Positions 18,397-27,849 are shown, counted from the stretch's first letter. The stretch is DNA of 64,000 bases from an uncultured Christensenella sp. (GCA_949285605.1 CASDZI010000001.1:12202-76201), one strand, 5' to 3'. Made by a program: numbers and translations. Notes: generated by a model not told the origin, from the sequence alone.

Positions 18397-18423
18397 ATTA
18401 TACAGGAAAAAGGAGAACGGCTT

Positions 18424-20067
18424 ATGAACCTCGTGCATAAGTTTCTGGACAGGACGGAATACGCAGATTATGCCGATTTTGCGGCGAACTGTAAACTCAA
18501 AGTCCCCGAAAAATTCAATTACGGGTACGACGTCATCGACGAATATGCCCGCCTGGCACCCGAAAAAAGGGCGTTGGTGTGGTGCAACGACAGGGGAGAG
18601 GAAAGGATCTTCACCTTCGGCGACATAGCCCGACTCAGCGATAAAGCCGCCAACGTACTCAAAAATCTCGGTCTCGTGAAAGGCGATATAATAATGACTA
18701 TGCTCAACCGTCGTTGGGAGTACTGGATTATTGCCATAGCCTGCCATAAAGCCGGGGTGGTCATCATTCCCGCCACCTATATGCTTACGGCAAAGGACAT
18801 AGCTTACCGCATTAACGGCGCCGGAGCCAAGGCTTTACTTTGCATTAACGAAGATTCGGTCGTAAAATACGTGGAAGACGCCTCAAACGAATTTCCGCAG
18901 AACTTTATAAAAATGACCATAGGCAAGAGGGAAGGGTATCTCGACTTCGACGAACTTTTGGACGAAGCGAGCGAAAAATTCGAAAAGGTGGAGACCGATC
19001 TTTACGACGAAATGCTCATTTATTTCACCAGCGGCACCACCGGCTACCCGAAGATGGTCGCCCACAATTACCTTTATCCTCTCGGACACATCTATAACGC
19101 CGTTTTCTGGCACGAAGTCATCGACGACGGATTGCATTTCACCGCAGCCGAAACCGGTTGGGCAAAGTGCAGCTGGGGCAAGATCTACGGACAATGGATA
19201 GCCGGAACGGCGCTGTTCGTTTACGATTATTTCGGGCGTTTCGCTCCCACCGATCTGCTGGAGCACATTCCCGTTTACAAAATCAATACCTTCTGCGCTC
19301 CGCCTACCATTTACCGTTACCTTATAAAGGAAGACCTGTCGAAATACGATCTTTCCACGCTTACCCATTGCTCCACCGCAGGAGAACCGCTCAACCCCGA
19401 AGTCCTGAAGCAGTTCTACAACGCCACCGGACACCTCATTTACGAAGGGTACGGACAGACCGAGACCAGTATAATTTTAGGCACTTTCCACGGGGTGGAG
19501 ATCCGCCCCGGCAGTATGGGCAAGGCTTGTCCTTTGTACGACATTCATTTGGTGGACGAGAACTATAACGACGTCTGCGACGGCGAGACCGGCGAAATAG
19601 TCATAAAAATCCATCATCCGCAATGCGGATTGCTTTACAAATATCACAACAACCCCGAGCTTACCGAACAGCTTCTCGGCGACGGGTATCATCACACGGG
19701 GGATCTCGCCTACAGGGACGAAGACGGATATTACTGGTTCATAGGGCGAGCCGACGACATCATAAAAAGCAGCGGTTACCGCATAGGGCCGTTCGAAGTG
19801 GAAAGCGCTCTGCACGAACACCCCGCCGTGCTGGAATGTGCCATAACCGGCGTTCCCGACCCCGACAGAGGACAGATAATAAAAGCCACCATAGTGCTTG
19901 CCAAAGGCTATCAGCCCTCCGAAGAACTCAAAAAAGAACTTCAGAACCACGTCAAGCACGCCACCGCTCCGTATAAATATCCAAGAGTTATCGAATTCGT
20001 GACCGAACTTCCCAAAACCATCAGCGGCAAAATCCGCAGAGTGGCGATAAGGAACAACGAAAAATAA
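18424..20067 (+). CDS. AMP-forming acyl-CoA synthetase (short/medium-chain type)
   Basis: 547 aa. AMP-binding motifs YFTSGTTGYPKM, YGQTE, TGDLAYRDEDGYYWFIGRADD and ISGKIRR. AAGGAG RBS. Confidence 0.9.
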   Translation: MNLVHKFLDRTEYADYADFAANCKLKVPEKFNYGYDVIDEYARLAPEKRALVWCNDRGEERIFTFGDIARLSDKAANVLKNLGLVKGDIIMTMLNRRWEYWIIAIACHKAGVVIIPATYMLTAKDIAYRINGAGAKALLCINEDSVVKYVEDASNEFPQNFIKMTIGKREGYLDFDELLDEASEKFEKVETDLYDEMLIYFTSGTTGYPKMVAHNYLYPLGHIYNAVFWHEVIDDGLHFTAAETGWAKCSWGKIYGQWIAGTALFVYDYFGRFAPTDLLEHIPVYKINTFCAPPTIYRYLIKEDLSKYDLSTLTHCSTAGEPLNPEVLKQFYNATGHLIYEGYGQTETSIILGTFHGVEIRPGSMGKACPLYDIHLVDENYNDVCDGETGEIVIKIHHPQCGLLYKYHNNPELTEQLLGDGYHHTGDLAYRDEDGYYWFIGRADDIIKSSGYRIGPFEVESALHEHPAVLECAITGVPDPDRGQIIKATIVLAKGYQPSEELKKELQNHVKHATAPYKYPRVIEFVTELPKTISGKIRRVAIRNNEK

Positions 20068-20098
20068 TTTTGTCCTTACTTATATAGCGTAAAAAGCG

Positions 20099-20127
20099 GA
20101 AATCCCCTGCAGAGGGGATTTTTTTTC
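20099..20127 (+). terminator. rho-independent terminator
   Basis: AAATCCCCT-GCAG-AGGGGATTT followed by TTTTT. Confidence 0.85.
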
Positions 20128-20192
20128 CGTCTTGACGAAAAAAGATAAAAGGGTTATATTTTTAATATCGAACTATAGGGGAGGGAGTAAAA

Positions 20193-21212
20193 GTGTCGAA
20201 GAAAGCGGTTGCGGCTCTTTTATGTCTGATAATTGTCGCAGGGGCGGTTTTTTTATTTGCCGGATGCGAAGAGGAAGAGCAGAAAAGCATAGTTTTTCTC
20301 GGCGACAGCATAGCCGAGGCGGTATTGGGACCGTCGCCCTTAAGCGCAAGGGAAGACTACGGGTATTACGCCATAGTGGGCAGACGCAACGGATACCTTT
20401 ATTATAACCGTGCCGTCAGCGGGCATAAGACCTCACATATGTTGGAATACATAAGTCGGGAGGACGACAGCGCATATATGACTGTCAGCCGTATCAAGGA
20501 AGCGGACGTGATACACGTTTCCATACTCGGCAACGATATGCTTCAGACCAACGTGGGCGAATTGCTTCTCGAAATGGTCAAAGAAGAACAAGGACTTATC
20601 GACGGCGCGCCCGTCAGGGAAAAAATTCTCGTGTCCAGCAGAGAAAATTTTGCCGCGATAGTCGCAAAACTCAAGGAATACAACCCCGACGCCGTTCTGA
20701 TGTTCCAGACCGTCTATAATCCCGTCTATCCCGAATCCACTTTAGTGAACGCCTCCACGAGAGAAGCTCTCGCTTTGCTCGGGTACACGGCGGACGACTA
20801 CAGGATTTTGGGGGGCAGACTCATTGAAAAACTCAACGGCGTTATAAGAGATTATCTTGCCGAAAACCCCGACTCTTTCCATATTATAGACGCATACGAA
20901 GCTTTCGGAGCTATCAGCGACGCCGACGAAGAGAGGGGAAGAAGGCTCATTTATCCCGACTGGATACATCCGTCCAACGAAGGACACGCCGTTATGGCGG
21001 ATCTTATACAGGATAAACTCGAAGAACTCCTTCTTACGGACAAAAAAACCGCTTTGGACCATTATCGTCAGATGAGAATGTCGCAGATAAAAAGAGAATT
21101 TCCCGACGCCGATTTTTTGAAAGCCAAAGGCGAATTCAATAGCGCCACATCCTGCAGTCAGATAACCGAAGCGTATTTTGCCATAACCGCAGGTCTTACG
21201 CCGACGTATTGA
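20193..21212 (+). CDS. SGNH/GDSL-family hydrolase lipoprotein
   Basis: GTG start after GGGGAGGGAG. Lipobox LFAGC; block I FLGDSIAE; C-terminal DWIHPSNEGH (catalytic D-x-x-H). Confidence 0.8.
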   Translation: MSKKAVAALLCLIIVAGAVFLFAGCEEEEQKSIVFLGDSIAEAVLGPSPLSAREDYGYYAIVGRRNGYLYYNRAVSGHKTSHMLEYISREDDSAYMTVSRIKEADVIHVSILGNDMLQTNVGELLLEMVKEEQGLIDGAPVREKILVSSRENFAAIVAKLKEYNPDAVLMFQTVYNPVYPESTLVNASTREALALLGYTADDYRILGGRLIEKLNGVIRDYLAENPDSFHIIDAYEAFGAISDADEERGRRLIYPDWIHPSNEGHAVMADLIQDKLEELLLTDKKTALDHYRQMRMSQIKREFPDADFLKAKGEFNSATSCSQITEAYFAITAGLTPTY

Positions 21213-21227
21213 GGGGGGTGAATAAAT

Positions 21228-21929
21228 ATGAAAAAAATATTTACCGTTGTGTTTTTAATTATTGCGTTTGTGCTGTGCGTATTGCCGTTGTCGGGGTGCG
21301 GCGACAAAAAAACTTACGTTGAAGAAGATATGTCGTTTGCATTAACCAACAAAACCACAGTTATGGGGATACCGTTGAACCTCGTACTGGACGCGTCCAG
21401 CGGAATAGAACTTAAAGAAGACGGGACTTTCGTGCTTAATCTTATGCTGAACGACGGCGCTCCTCAGTTGTTGAACAATTATTTCGACCTCGAAGCCATG
21501 TCGAAGGCGGATCTCAGCGGATTTATTAATGCGTACGTGAAACCGATTTTTCCCGGATTTACCCTCGACGACGTAAAAGGATCGCTCGATCTTATCAAAA
21601 ACAGCTTAGGGACAGAAATAGTCGGACTGGATTTCGAGGACGAGAACGTAAAAAAACTCGTCGAGTCCCTCGAAACCACGGGGAAAATAAATTCCGATCT
21701 CGTCATTCCCGAAGGACTGGGGATAAGATATACCTCTTTCTACGAAATTAAAACCTTGAAAAGCGAGACCACGGGGAAAGAATATACCGCAATTTTCACG
21801 GACAAATACTCCGAAGGGGGAGAACCTTACTTCGTGCTGACTATGGACACCGATTCCGAAAGCGGTAAAAAGACTCTTAATATGAGAGTGGAGTTTCTTA
21901 ATCTCACCCTGAACCTTTTACAAAGATAA
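21228..21929 (+). CDS. lipoprotein of unknown function
   Basis: 233 aa with a signal peptide and lipobox (LPLSGCGD). No recognised domain. Confidence 0.65.
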   Translation: MKKIFTVVFLIIAFVLCVLPLSGCGDKKTYVEEDMSFALTNKTTVMGIPLNLVLDASSGIELKEDGTFVLNLMLNDGAPQLLNNYFDLEAMSKADLSGFINAYVKPIFPGFTLDDVKGSLDLIKNSLGTEIVGLDFEDENVKKLVESLETTGKINSDLVIPEGLGIRYTSFYEIKTLKSETTGKEYTAIFTDKYSEGGEPYFVLTMDTDSESGKKTLNMRVEFLNLTLNLLQR

Positions 21930-21948
21930 ATGCCCCTTTTTACCTTTA

Positions 21949-21980
21949 CGCCTTCCCTCGTCGGGAAGGCGGTTTTTTTA
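21949..21980 (+). terminator. rho-independent terminator between convergent genes
   Basis: CGCCTTCCC-TCGTC-GGGAAGGCG followed by TTTTTTT. Confidence 0.85.
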
Positions 21981-21981
21981 T

Positions 21982-22389
21982 TCAGCTTATCAGGGCAAGG
22001 AGCGCTGCTTTACGGTTTTCCAACATAGCGAGTTCCGCCCTTTCGGAGTAAGGAGTTGTCAGCTTGTCCAGCAGAACGAAAATATCCAATTGCAGGGTGT
22101 TGATGCGACCGAAAGCGTTGCAGGACGGCGAAGTGGAACGCACCGAGGGTATGTAGGAACCGTTACCCGAAGCCGCACTTATCAGATTCAAGGAGCGGAA
22201 GATCAGATTTTTCAGATAATTTACCGTTTTGTTCAGACGGGCGGAGGAACGCACGTTCACGTCGTTGAGAAGATCCAGTTGTTCCTCTTCCAACACCGTA
22301 AGCCTTTCGTAAACGTCGTCGGAAAGGGTGTCGAGAGCGGTCTTGTATTCCCGTGCCATCTGTTCTACGGCGGTGGGGTCTATATCCAT
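21982..22389 (-). CDS. hypothetical protein (135 aa, predicted helical)
   Basis: ORF with GGAGG-like RBS (revcomp of 22395-22402 reads CCAGGGAGG). No recognised motif. Confidence 0.5.
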   Translation of the reverse strand: MDIDPTAVEQMAREYKTALDTLSDDVYERLTVLEEEQLDLLNDVNVRSSARLNKTVNYLKNLIFRSLNLISAASGNGSYIPSVRSTSPSCNAFGRINTLQLDIFVLLDKLTTPYSERAELAMLENRKAALLALIS

Positions 22390-22519
22390 ATTGATTACCT
22401 CCCTGGTTTTACCTTATTTTATGCCGCAAAAACAAGGATTGTTCCCACCCTTTACAAATTGCTTTTCCTATTGTAAAATATTCTTATTTAAGATTCTTTT
22501 AAGAAAAGCAGGAGGAACG

Positions 22520-23272
22520 ATGCCTAAAAGTTTTGCCATAATCTACGTTCTGGGCGGACTTATCGCGGCGGCGATTATCGCCATGTGCGTGTTCTTCATC
22601 GTCAAGTCCGTAAAACGAGCCAAAGTTATAGGTATGGATTCCAAAAAAATCAAGGAAACCATTAAAAACAGTGCTATTTTTTCCATAGTCCCCAGTATCC
22701 CGATAGTTATAGGCGTAGGGATTATGATGCAGTATCTCGGGCTGGCGATCCCGTGGATACGCCTTACCGTTATCGGGGCGTTGCAGTACGAACTCATCGC
22801 AATGGATCAGGCGCAGAAAGCCCTCAACGATATGGGAGGAGCTTATACTACCGAAACCATGGTGGCGACTGCGGTGGTCATTATGACTTTGAGTATTATG
22901 AGCGGACCCGTCTTCAATGCGATTTTCTATAAGAAATATCAAGGAAAACTCGCCGATCTGCAGGAGAAAAATTCCCGCCTCATGAACACCATAACCGGCG
23001 CCCTGTTGGGAGGACTTCTGGCAGGTATGCTTTCGGCTATACTCGTGGGCGGAGCCTTCACCGTCGGTAATCCCCCCGAACCCGACGCAAGCGGAGTGAT
23101 AACCTACGGCGAAGTAACGCTCATAACCCTTGCCGCAAGCGTGGTCATTATGGCGTTGTGCGGCGTAATTTTGAAAGTATTTAAGCAAAAATGGATAGAA
23201 AACTACGCTCTGCCCATTACCATACTCGGGTCGCTTGCGATAGCGTACGCTTGCGTGCCGCTTTTTGCTTAG
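22520..23272 (+). CDS. polytopic membrane protein of unknown function
   Basis: I chose the ATG at 22520 after AGGAGG (in frame within the 22328 track ORF). About 6 TM segments. A TTTACA-17-TAAAAT promoter lies upstream. Confidence 0.65.
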   Translation: MPKSFAIIYVLGGLIAAAIIAMCVFFIVKSVKRAKVIGMDSKKIKETIKNSAIFSIVPSIPIVIGVGIMMQYLGLAIPWIRLTVIGALQYELIAMDQAQKALNDMGGAYTTETMVATAVVIMTLSIMSGPVFNAIFYKKYQGKLADLQEKNSRLMNTITGALLGGLLAGMLSAILVGGAFTVGNPPEPDASGVITYGEVTLITLAASVVIMALCGVILKVFKQKWIENYALPITILGSLAIAYACVPLFA

Positions 23273-23282
23273 GAGGTGTCCG

Positions 23283-23990
23283 ATGAGAAAATTCCTTAAA
23301 GAAAAGACAGCCGAACAGGTCGTTCAGACCAGAGAACAATATAACCTTCAGATGCACACCTTAGGCAGGGTTTTTACCTGGCTTGCGGTAGGGCTTATAC
23401 TTCTTGTCCCGATATTCTATTGCATCAGCGCGAAAACTTTGCCTTCGGGTATGGCTATAGTCAAGTCCCTCCCGTTTTTATTGGGATATGTGGCGATAGG
23501 GCTCATCGAAGCGTTCAGCTATGCGCCCCTTCTCGGCACCAGCGGACAGTATATGAGTTTTATAACGGGAAATATCAGCAACCTCAAACTTCCCTGCGCC
23601 ATCAACAGTCAGAATATCGCCAAAGTGGAAAAGGGCAGCGAGGAACAGGAGATAGTGACCTCCATAAGCATTGCGGTAAGCACCATAGTGACTACGGTCA
23701 TCATATTGATAGGTCTTATTCCGCTGATAATTTTCCAACAGCAGATAGTGGACCTTCTCAATCCCATTTCTCCTTACGTTATCCCCGCCATATTCGGAGG
23801 ATTGACCATAGTTTTGATAGCGCAGTATTATAAAATAGCCGCCATACCTTTCATCGCCTGTATAGCCATCTGCGCGATAGGCAACGCCATAGGTTTCGGA
23901 AGCACTCTCAATCAGTCCACAATGGTAATAGTGGGTATGGTAATAAGCGGAATATCCACCACCATACTGTATAAGAAAAACAAAATTTAA
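23283..23990 (+). CDS. polytopic membrane protein of unknown function (partner of the 22520 gene)
   Basis: ATG at 23283 after AGGAGG, 10 nt after the upstream stop. About 6 TM segments. Confidence 0.65.
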   Translation: MRKFLKEKTAEQVVQTREQYNLQMHTLGRVFTWLAVGLILLVPIFYCISAKTLPSGMAIVKSLPFLLGYVAIGLIEAFSYAPLLGTSGQYMSFITGNISNLKLPCAINSQNIAKVEKGSEEQEIVTSISIAVSTIVTTVIILIGLIPLIIFQQQIVDLLNPISPYVIPAIFGGLTIVLIAQYYKIAAIPFIACIAICAIGNAIGFGSTLNQSTMVIVGMVISGISTTILYKKNKI

Positions 23991-24015
23991 GTTCCTGCGA
24001 AAATTTTTCTAAACA

Positions 24016-24049
24016 ACCCGCTCCCGTTTTATAAGGGGGCGGGTTTTTA
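24016..24049 (+). terminator. rho-independent terminator
   Basis: CCCGCTCCC...GGGGGCGGG stem followed by TTTTT. Confidence 0.75.
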
Positions 24050-24073
24050 ATGTAAAGGGAAAGAAAAAAAAAG

Positions 24074-24556
24074 TCATTTTGCGGTGTCTATGCCGCCTTT
24101 GCGGTATTCGAGGGGGGTGCAGCCGTATTTCTTGCGAAAGAGTTTATAGAAATATCCGCAGTCCACAAACCCCACTTCGCAGGCAATGCTTACCACGCTT
24201 TTTTCGCTCGAACGCAACTGACGGCAGGCGTGACGAAGACGCAGATTGTTGACGTAATCGGCGAGATTGGTGCCTGTGTAACGGGAAAAAAGCCGGGAAA
24301 AATAACACGGCGAAATTTCGCACAGCTCGGCAAGACGGTTGAGTTTTACGTCCTTTACGTAATTATGACGGAGATACCTTATGGCAGGTTCCAAGAGCCC
24401 TGCGCCCGACTCGGATTTTGGCGAAACTCCGAAAATTACGTCGCTTAACTTGCTTTGCGGCAAATTTTGCTCGTCAAGCGAAAAAACCGCAATTTTTTCA
24501 CCTTGTTTTAAGGCGTCGAGAACTTTTTGAGGGGTAGAAAGCCTTATTAGGTCCAT
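24074..24556 (-). CDS. AraC-family transcriptional regulator (short N-terminal domain)
   Basis: 160 aa. Dual HTH (LNRLAELCEISPCYFSRLFSRYTG ... VVSIACEVGFVDCGYFYKLFRKKYGCTPLEYR). Divergent from gldA. Confidence 0.85.
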   Translation of the reverse strand: MDLIRLSTPQKVLDALKQGEKIAVFSLDEQNLPQSKLSDVIFGVSPKSESGAGLLEPAIRYLRHNYVKDVKLNRLAELCEISPCYFSRLFSRYTGTNLADYVNNLRLRHACRQLRSSEKSVVSIACEVGFVDCGYFYKLFRKKYGCTPLEYRKGGIDTAK

Positions 24557-24715
24557 AGTAAACGTTTCCTCCGAAATGGCTATGACAAAATTTTACCATA
24601 AATTAGCAAGATTGTCTAATGAATTAGAGAAACGTGTCGGGTATAATTATAAGTATCGATACAATTTCGATAATTTTAATCGATAAAAAAATCAACTCAA
24701 AAGGAGAATCAATCT

Positions 24716-25879
24716 ATGAGAAAAGCATTTATCTGCCCCACCAAATACGTTCAGGGCGAAAACGAACTTCTTAACCTCGGTTATTTCGTAAAAACTTTCG
24801 GTAAGACCGGTTTGCTGATTGCCGACCCGTTCGCCAAGAAACTCGTGGCAGAACAGCTCGAAGCCACTCAGGCAAAATACAAGATCAGCCTCGTAAGCTG
24901 TGATTTCGGCGGGGAATGCACCCGTGAAGAAGTCAAGAAACTTCAGGAATTCGCAAAAGCCAACAAAGCGGCCTGCATCATAGGTCTGGGCGGCGGCAAA
25001 GCCATCGACACCGCTAAATGCGTCGCCAACGGCTCCAACCTCATCATCGTACCGACCATCGCCGCTACCGACGCACCCACCAGCCATTCCGCCGTTTTGT
25101 ATCACGCCGATCATTCCTTCGACGATTACGCATATTTCAGACAGAGCCCCAGCGTAGTGCTTATCGACACCACCGTCATCGCCAACGCTCCCGCACGCTT
25201 CCTCGTAAGCGGAATGGGCGACGCTCTGAGCACTTATTTCGAAGCCAGAGCCAACGAAAGATGCTTTGCCAAAATCGGTAAAAACGGCGTAAACGCAGGA
25301 CTTCCCTGCGGAGCCGACAGAGCTAAAGGCACTCTTACCACTGCAGGAACGATGGCAGCCAACGCTCTTGCTAAACTGTGCTACGAGACCCTCATTTCCG
25401 ACGGTGCGAAAGCTAAAGCCGCCTGCGAATGCAACGTGGTTACCCCCGCTTTGGAAAAGATCATCGAAACCAACATCCTTCTGTCCGGTCTGGGCTTCGA
25501 ATCCGGCGGTCTTGCCGCAGCTCACGCCATTCACGACGGATTGACCTTACTGCCCTGCCATAAGAACTTCTTCCACGGCGAAATGGTGGCGTTCGGAACC
25601 ATCTGCCAGCTTGTTCTGGAAAACGCTCCGGAAGAGGAACTCTACGAAGTTCTCAACTTCTGCGAGACGGTAGGACTTCCCGTCTGCCTGAGGGATATGG
25701 GTGCGGAAAACACCACCGACGAAGAACTCAAAGCGGTTGCCGAAAAGGCGTCCATTCCCGACGAATCCGTCCACAATATGCCCTTCCCCGTAACTGCGGA
25801 TATGGTTTACGCAGCCATCAAAGCCGCCGATAAGATCGGTCACGACTTCAAATACTGCGAATGCGACTGCGAGTGCTAA
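24716..25879 (+). CDS. gldA: glycerol dehydrogenase (family III metal-dependent polyol dehydrogenase)
   Basis: 387 aa. PTKYVQGENEL, GLGGGKAIDTAK, PTIAATDAPTS, GMGDALSTYFEA, AAHAIHDG, HGEMVAFG. Ends in the unusual tail YCECDCEC. Confidence 0.9.
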   Translation: MRKAFICPTKYVQGENELLNLGYFVKTFGKTGLLIADPFAKKLVAEQLEATQAKYKISLVSCDFGGECTREEVKKLQEFAKANKAACIIGLGGGKAIDTAKCVANGSNLIIVPTIAATDAPTSHSAVLYHADHSFDDYAYFRQSPSVVLIDTTVIANAPARFLVSGMGDALSTYFEARANERCFAKIGKNGVNAGLPCGADRAKGTLTTAGTMAANALAKLCYETLISDGAKAKAACECNVVTPALEKIIETNILLSGLGFESGGLAAAHAIHDGLTLLPCHKNFFHGEMVAFGTICQLVLENAPEEELYEVLNFCETVGLPVCLRDMGAENTTDEELKAVAEKASIPDESVHNMPFPVTADMVYAAIKAADKIGHDFKYCECDCEC

Positions 25880-25958
25880 AAACAAAACAATAACAAATTT
25901 TGGTCGAGGCTGAGAAATTTTCTCAGCCCGACGGCAATTTAAGGAGTTTTAATAAGTT

Positions 25959-27791
25959 ATGAAAAAAATAATGAACACCCCCGAAACTTTTGTTTACGAT
26001 ATGTGTCACGGTCTTGCCAAGGCGCATCCCGAACTCGAATTCGTAGAAAAGTTCAAAATCGTTAAGAAAGTCGACATAAACGACGACAAAGTAAGCCTTA
26101 TATCGGGCGGCGGATCGGGTCACGAACCCGCTCATGCGGGCTTTGTCGGCAAAGGTATGCTCGACGCTGCGGTCTGCGGAGACGTTTTCGCTTCTCCCAG
26201 CCAGGTGCAGGTATACAACGCCATTAAAAAATGCGCCACCGACAAGGGCGTACTTCTCATTATAAAGAACTACTCCGGCGACTGCATGAACTTCAACAAC
26301 GCCATGAGCGACGCACAGGAAGACGGAATAAAAGTCGACGCCGTATACGTCAACGACGACATCGCCGTCAAGGACAGCCTTTACACCGTAGGACGCAGAG
26401 GCGTTGCCGGTACCGTGCTGGTACATAAATGCGCAGGCGCCGCCGCCGAACAGGGCAAGGAGCTGGAAGAGGTCAAAGCCGTAGCCAACAAGGTTATCGA
26501 AAACGTGAGAAGTTTCGGTTTTGCTTTCACTTCCTGTACCGTTCCCGCCGCAGGACATCCGACTTTCGAGATCGGAGACGACGAAATGGAATTCGGCGTG
26601 GGTATCCACGGCGAACCCGGAAGATTCCGTGAAAAGATCGATTATTCCAAGGGCACTTTCTGTGACGACCTTTCCGCCAGGATCGTAAAAGACCTCGAAG
26701 AGGACCTCAAACTTCAGAAAGGGGAAGAAATAGTGCTTCTCATCAACGGTTTCGGAGGAAGCCCGTTGCAGGAACTGTATATCCTGAACAACTCGGTAAG
26801 CAAGGTGCTCGAAGCCGACGGCGTCAAGATCCACCGCACCATCGTAGGTAACTATATGACCTCCATCGATATGGCGGGCGCGTCTATTACCGTACTCAGA
26901 GTGGACGACGAACTCAAAAAACTCATCGACTATCCCGTAGCGACGCCCGCTCTTACCTGGGGAGCCGCAATGGGCGCACAGGCGGAAGCCGCTGTGGAAG
27001 CCATGAACGCTATCGCAAAAGCGCTCAACATCACTCCCGGAGCCGCTCCTGCCGCCGCCAAGAAAGCCAAGAAAGCTTCCGCCGACGAAGACGACGCCAA
27101 CGCCGTTTACGAAGTGGAAGGCAAACCCGTCATCGGCGAAACCATAAACACCGCCGCTTTCGTTCAGATCGTGGAAAAAATGGCGGATATAATCATTGAA
27201 AACGAAGTTCCGTTCTGCGAAGCCGACAAGATGGGCGACGGGGACTTCGGTATGAGCATCGCAAAAGGCTTCAAACAGCTCAAAGCCGACTGGGCGACCC
27301 GTAAGAAGGGCGACATCGGTCAGTTCCTCGTAAGCTGCTCCGAAATTATCAAGGAGTACTGCGGCGGCGCTTCCGGTCCCATCTGGGGTTCTGCGTTCAA
27401 ATACGCCGGAAAAGCCATGCTCGGCAAGAAGGAAGTTTCCCTCAAAGACATAGCCTTCCTGTTCACGGAAGCCAACAGAGGAGTTTACGAAACCGGCAAG
27501 AAGAGCTTCGGCAAAGGCGCCGACATCGGCGACAAGACCCTTGTAGACGCCTTGAAACCCTGCGCCATCGCCCTCACCAAAGCGGCGGAAGAAGACAAGA
27601 AACTTCAGGCAGGTCTCGATCTGGGAGCCAAAGCCGCCCATGAAGGAGCGGAAGCGACCAAATCGCATGTGGCTACCCTCGGCAGAGCCGGCACCGTCGG
27701 AGAACGCAGTATCGGTTATCCCGACGCAGGCGCTCACGGACTGGACGTTATCTTCAATGAACTGGCTAAGTATATCAAAAACTTCAAATAA
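25959..27791 (+). CDS. dihydroxyacetone kinase, fused DhaK-DhaL single polypeptide
   Basis: 610 aa. DhaK part (VSLISGGGSGHEPAHAGFVG, NYSGD, GVGIHGEPG), an Ala/Lys-rich linker (PGAAPAAAKKAKKASADEDD), then the DhaL part (DGDFG, GGASGP, GDKTLVDAL). Confidence 0.9.
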   Translation: MKKIMNTPETFVYDMCHGLAKAHPELEFVEKFKIVKKVDINDDKVSLISGGGSGHEPAHAGFVGKGMLDAAVCGDVFASPSQVQVYNAIKKCATDKGVLLIIKNYSGDCMNFNNAMSDAQEDGIKVDAVYVNDDIAVKDSLYTVGRRGVAGTVLVHKCAGAAAEQGKELEEVKAVANKVIENVRSFGFAFTSCTVPAAGHPTFEIGDDEMEFGVGIHGEPGRFREKIDYSKGTFCDDLSARIVKDLEEDLKLQKGEEIVLLINGFGGSPLQELYILNNSVSKVLEADGVKIHRTIVGNYMTSIDMAGASITVLRVDDELKKLIDYPVATPALTWGAAMGAQAEAAVEAMNAIAKALNITPGAAPAAAKKAKKASADEDDANAVYEVEGKPVIGETINTAAFVQIVEKMADIIIENEVPFCEADKMGDGDFGMSIAKGFKQLKADWATRKKGDIGQFLVSCSEIIKEYCGGASGPIWGSAFKYAGKAMLGKKEVSLKDIAFLFTEANRGVYETGKKSFGKGADIGDKTLVDALKPCAIALTKAAEEDKKLQAGLDLGAKAAHEGAEATKSHVATLGRAGTVGERSIGYPDAGAHGLDVIFNELAKYIKNFK

Positions 27792-27816
27792 TCGCTTAGC
27801 TTAAAAAACTTGTCAT

Positions 27817-27849
27817 AAATCCGCTCCTTTCGGGGCGGATTTTTTTTTG
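27817..27849 (+). terminator. rho-independent terminator
   Basis: ATCCGCTCC-TTTC-GGGGCGGAT followed by a run of 9 T. Confidence 0.85.

Noticed and set aside
25923-27737. 604-aa minus-strand ORF opposite the dihydroxyacetone kinase gene, and similar ones opposite gldA (24692-25534), cysS (44604-45974), ychF (48422-49597) and the ADH (28135-29241)
   Set aside because: In each case the opposite strand encodes a protein with unmistakable family motifs. The antisense translations are compositionally odd (G/V/F/R-rich) and lack start context. I treat them as shadow ORFs.
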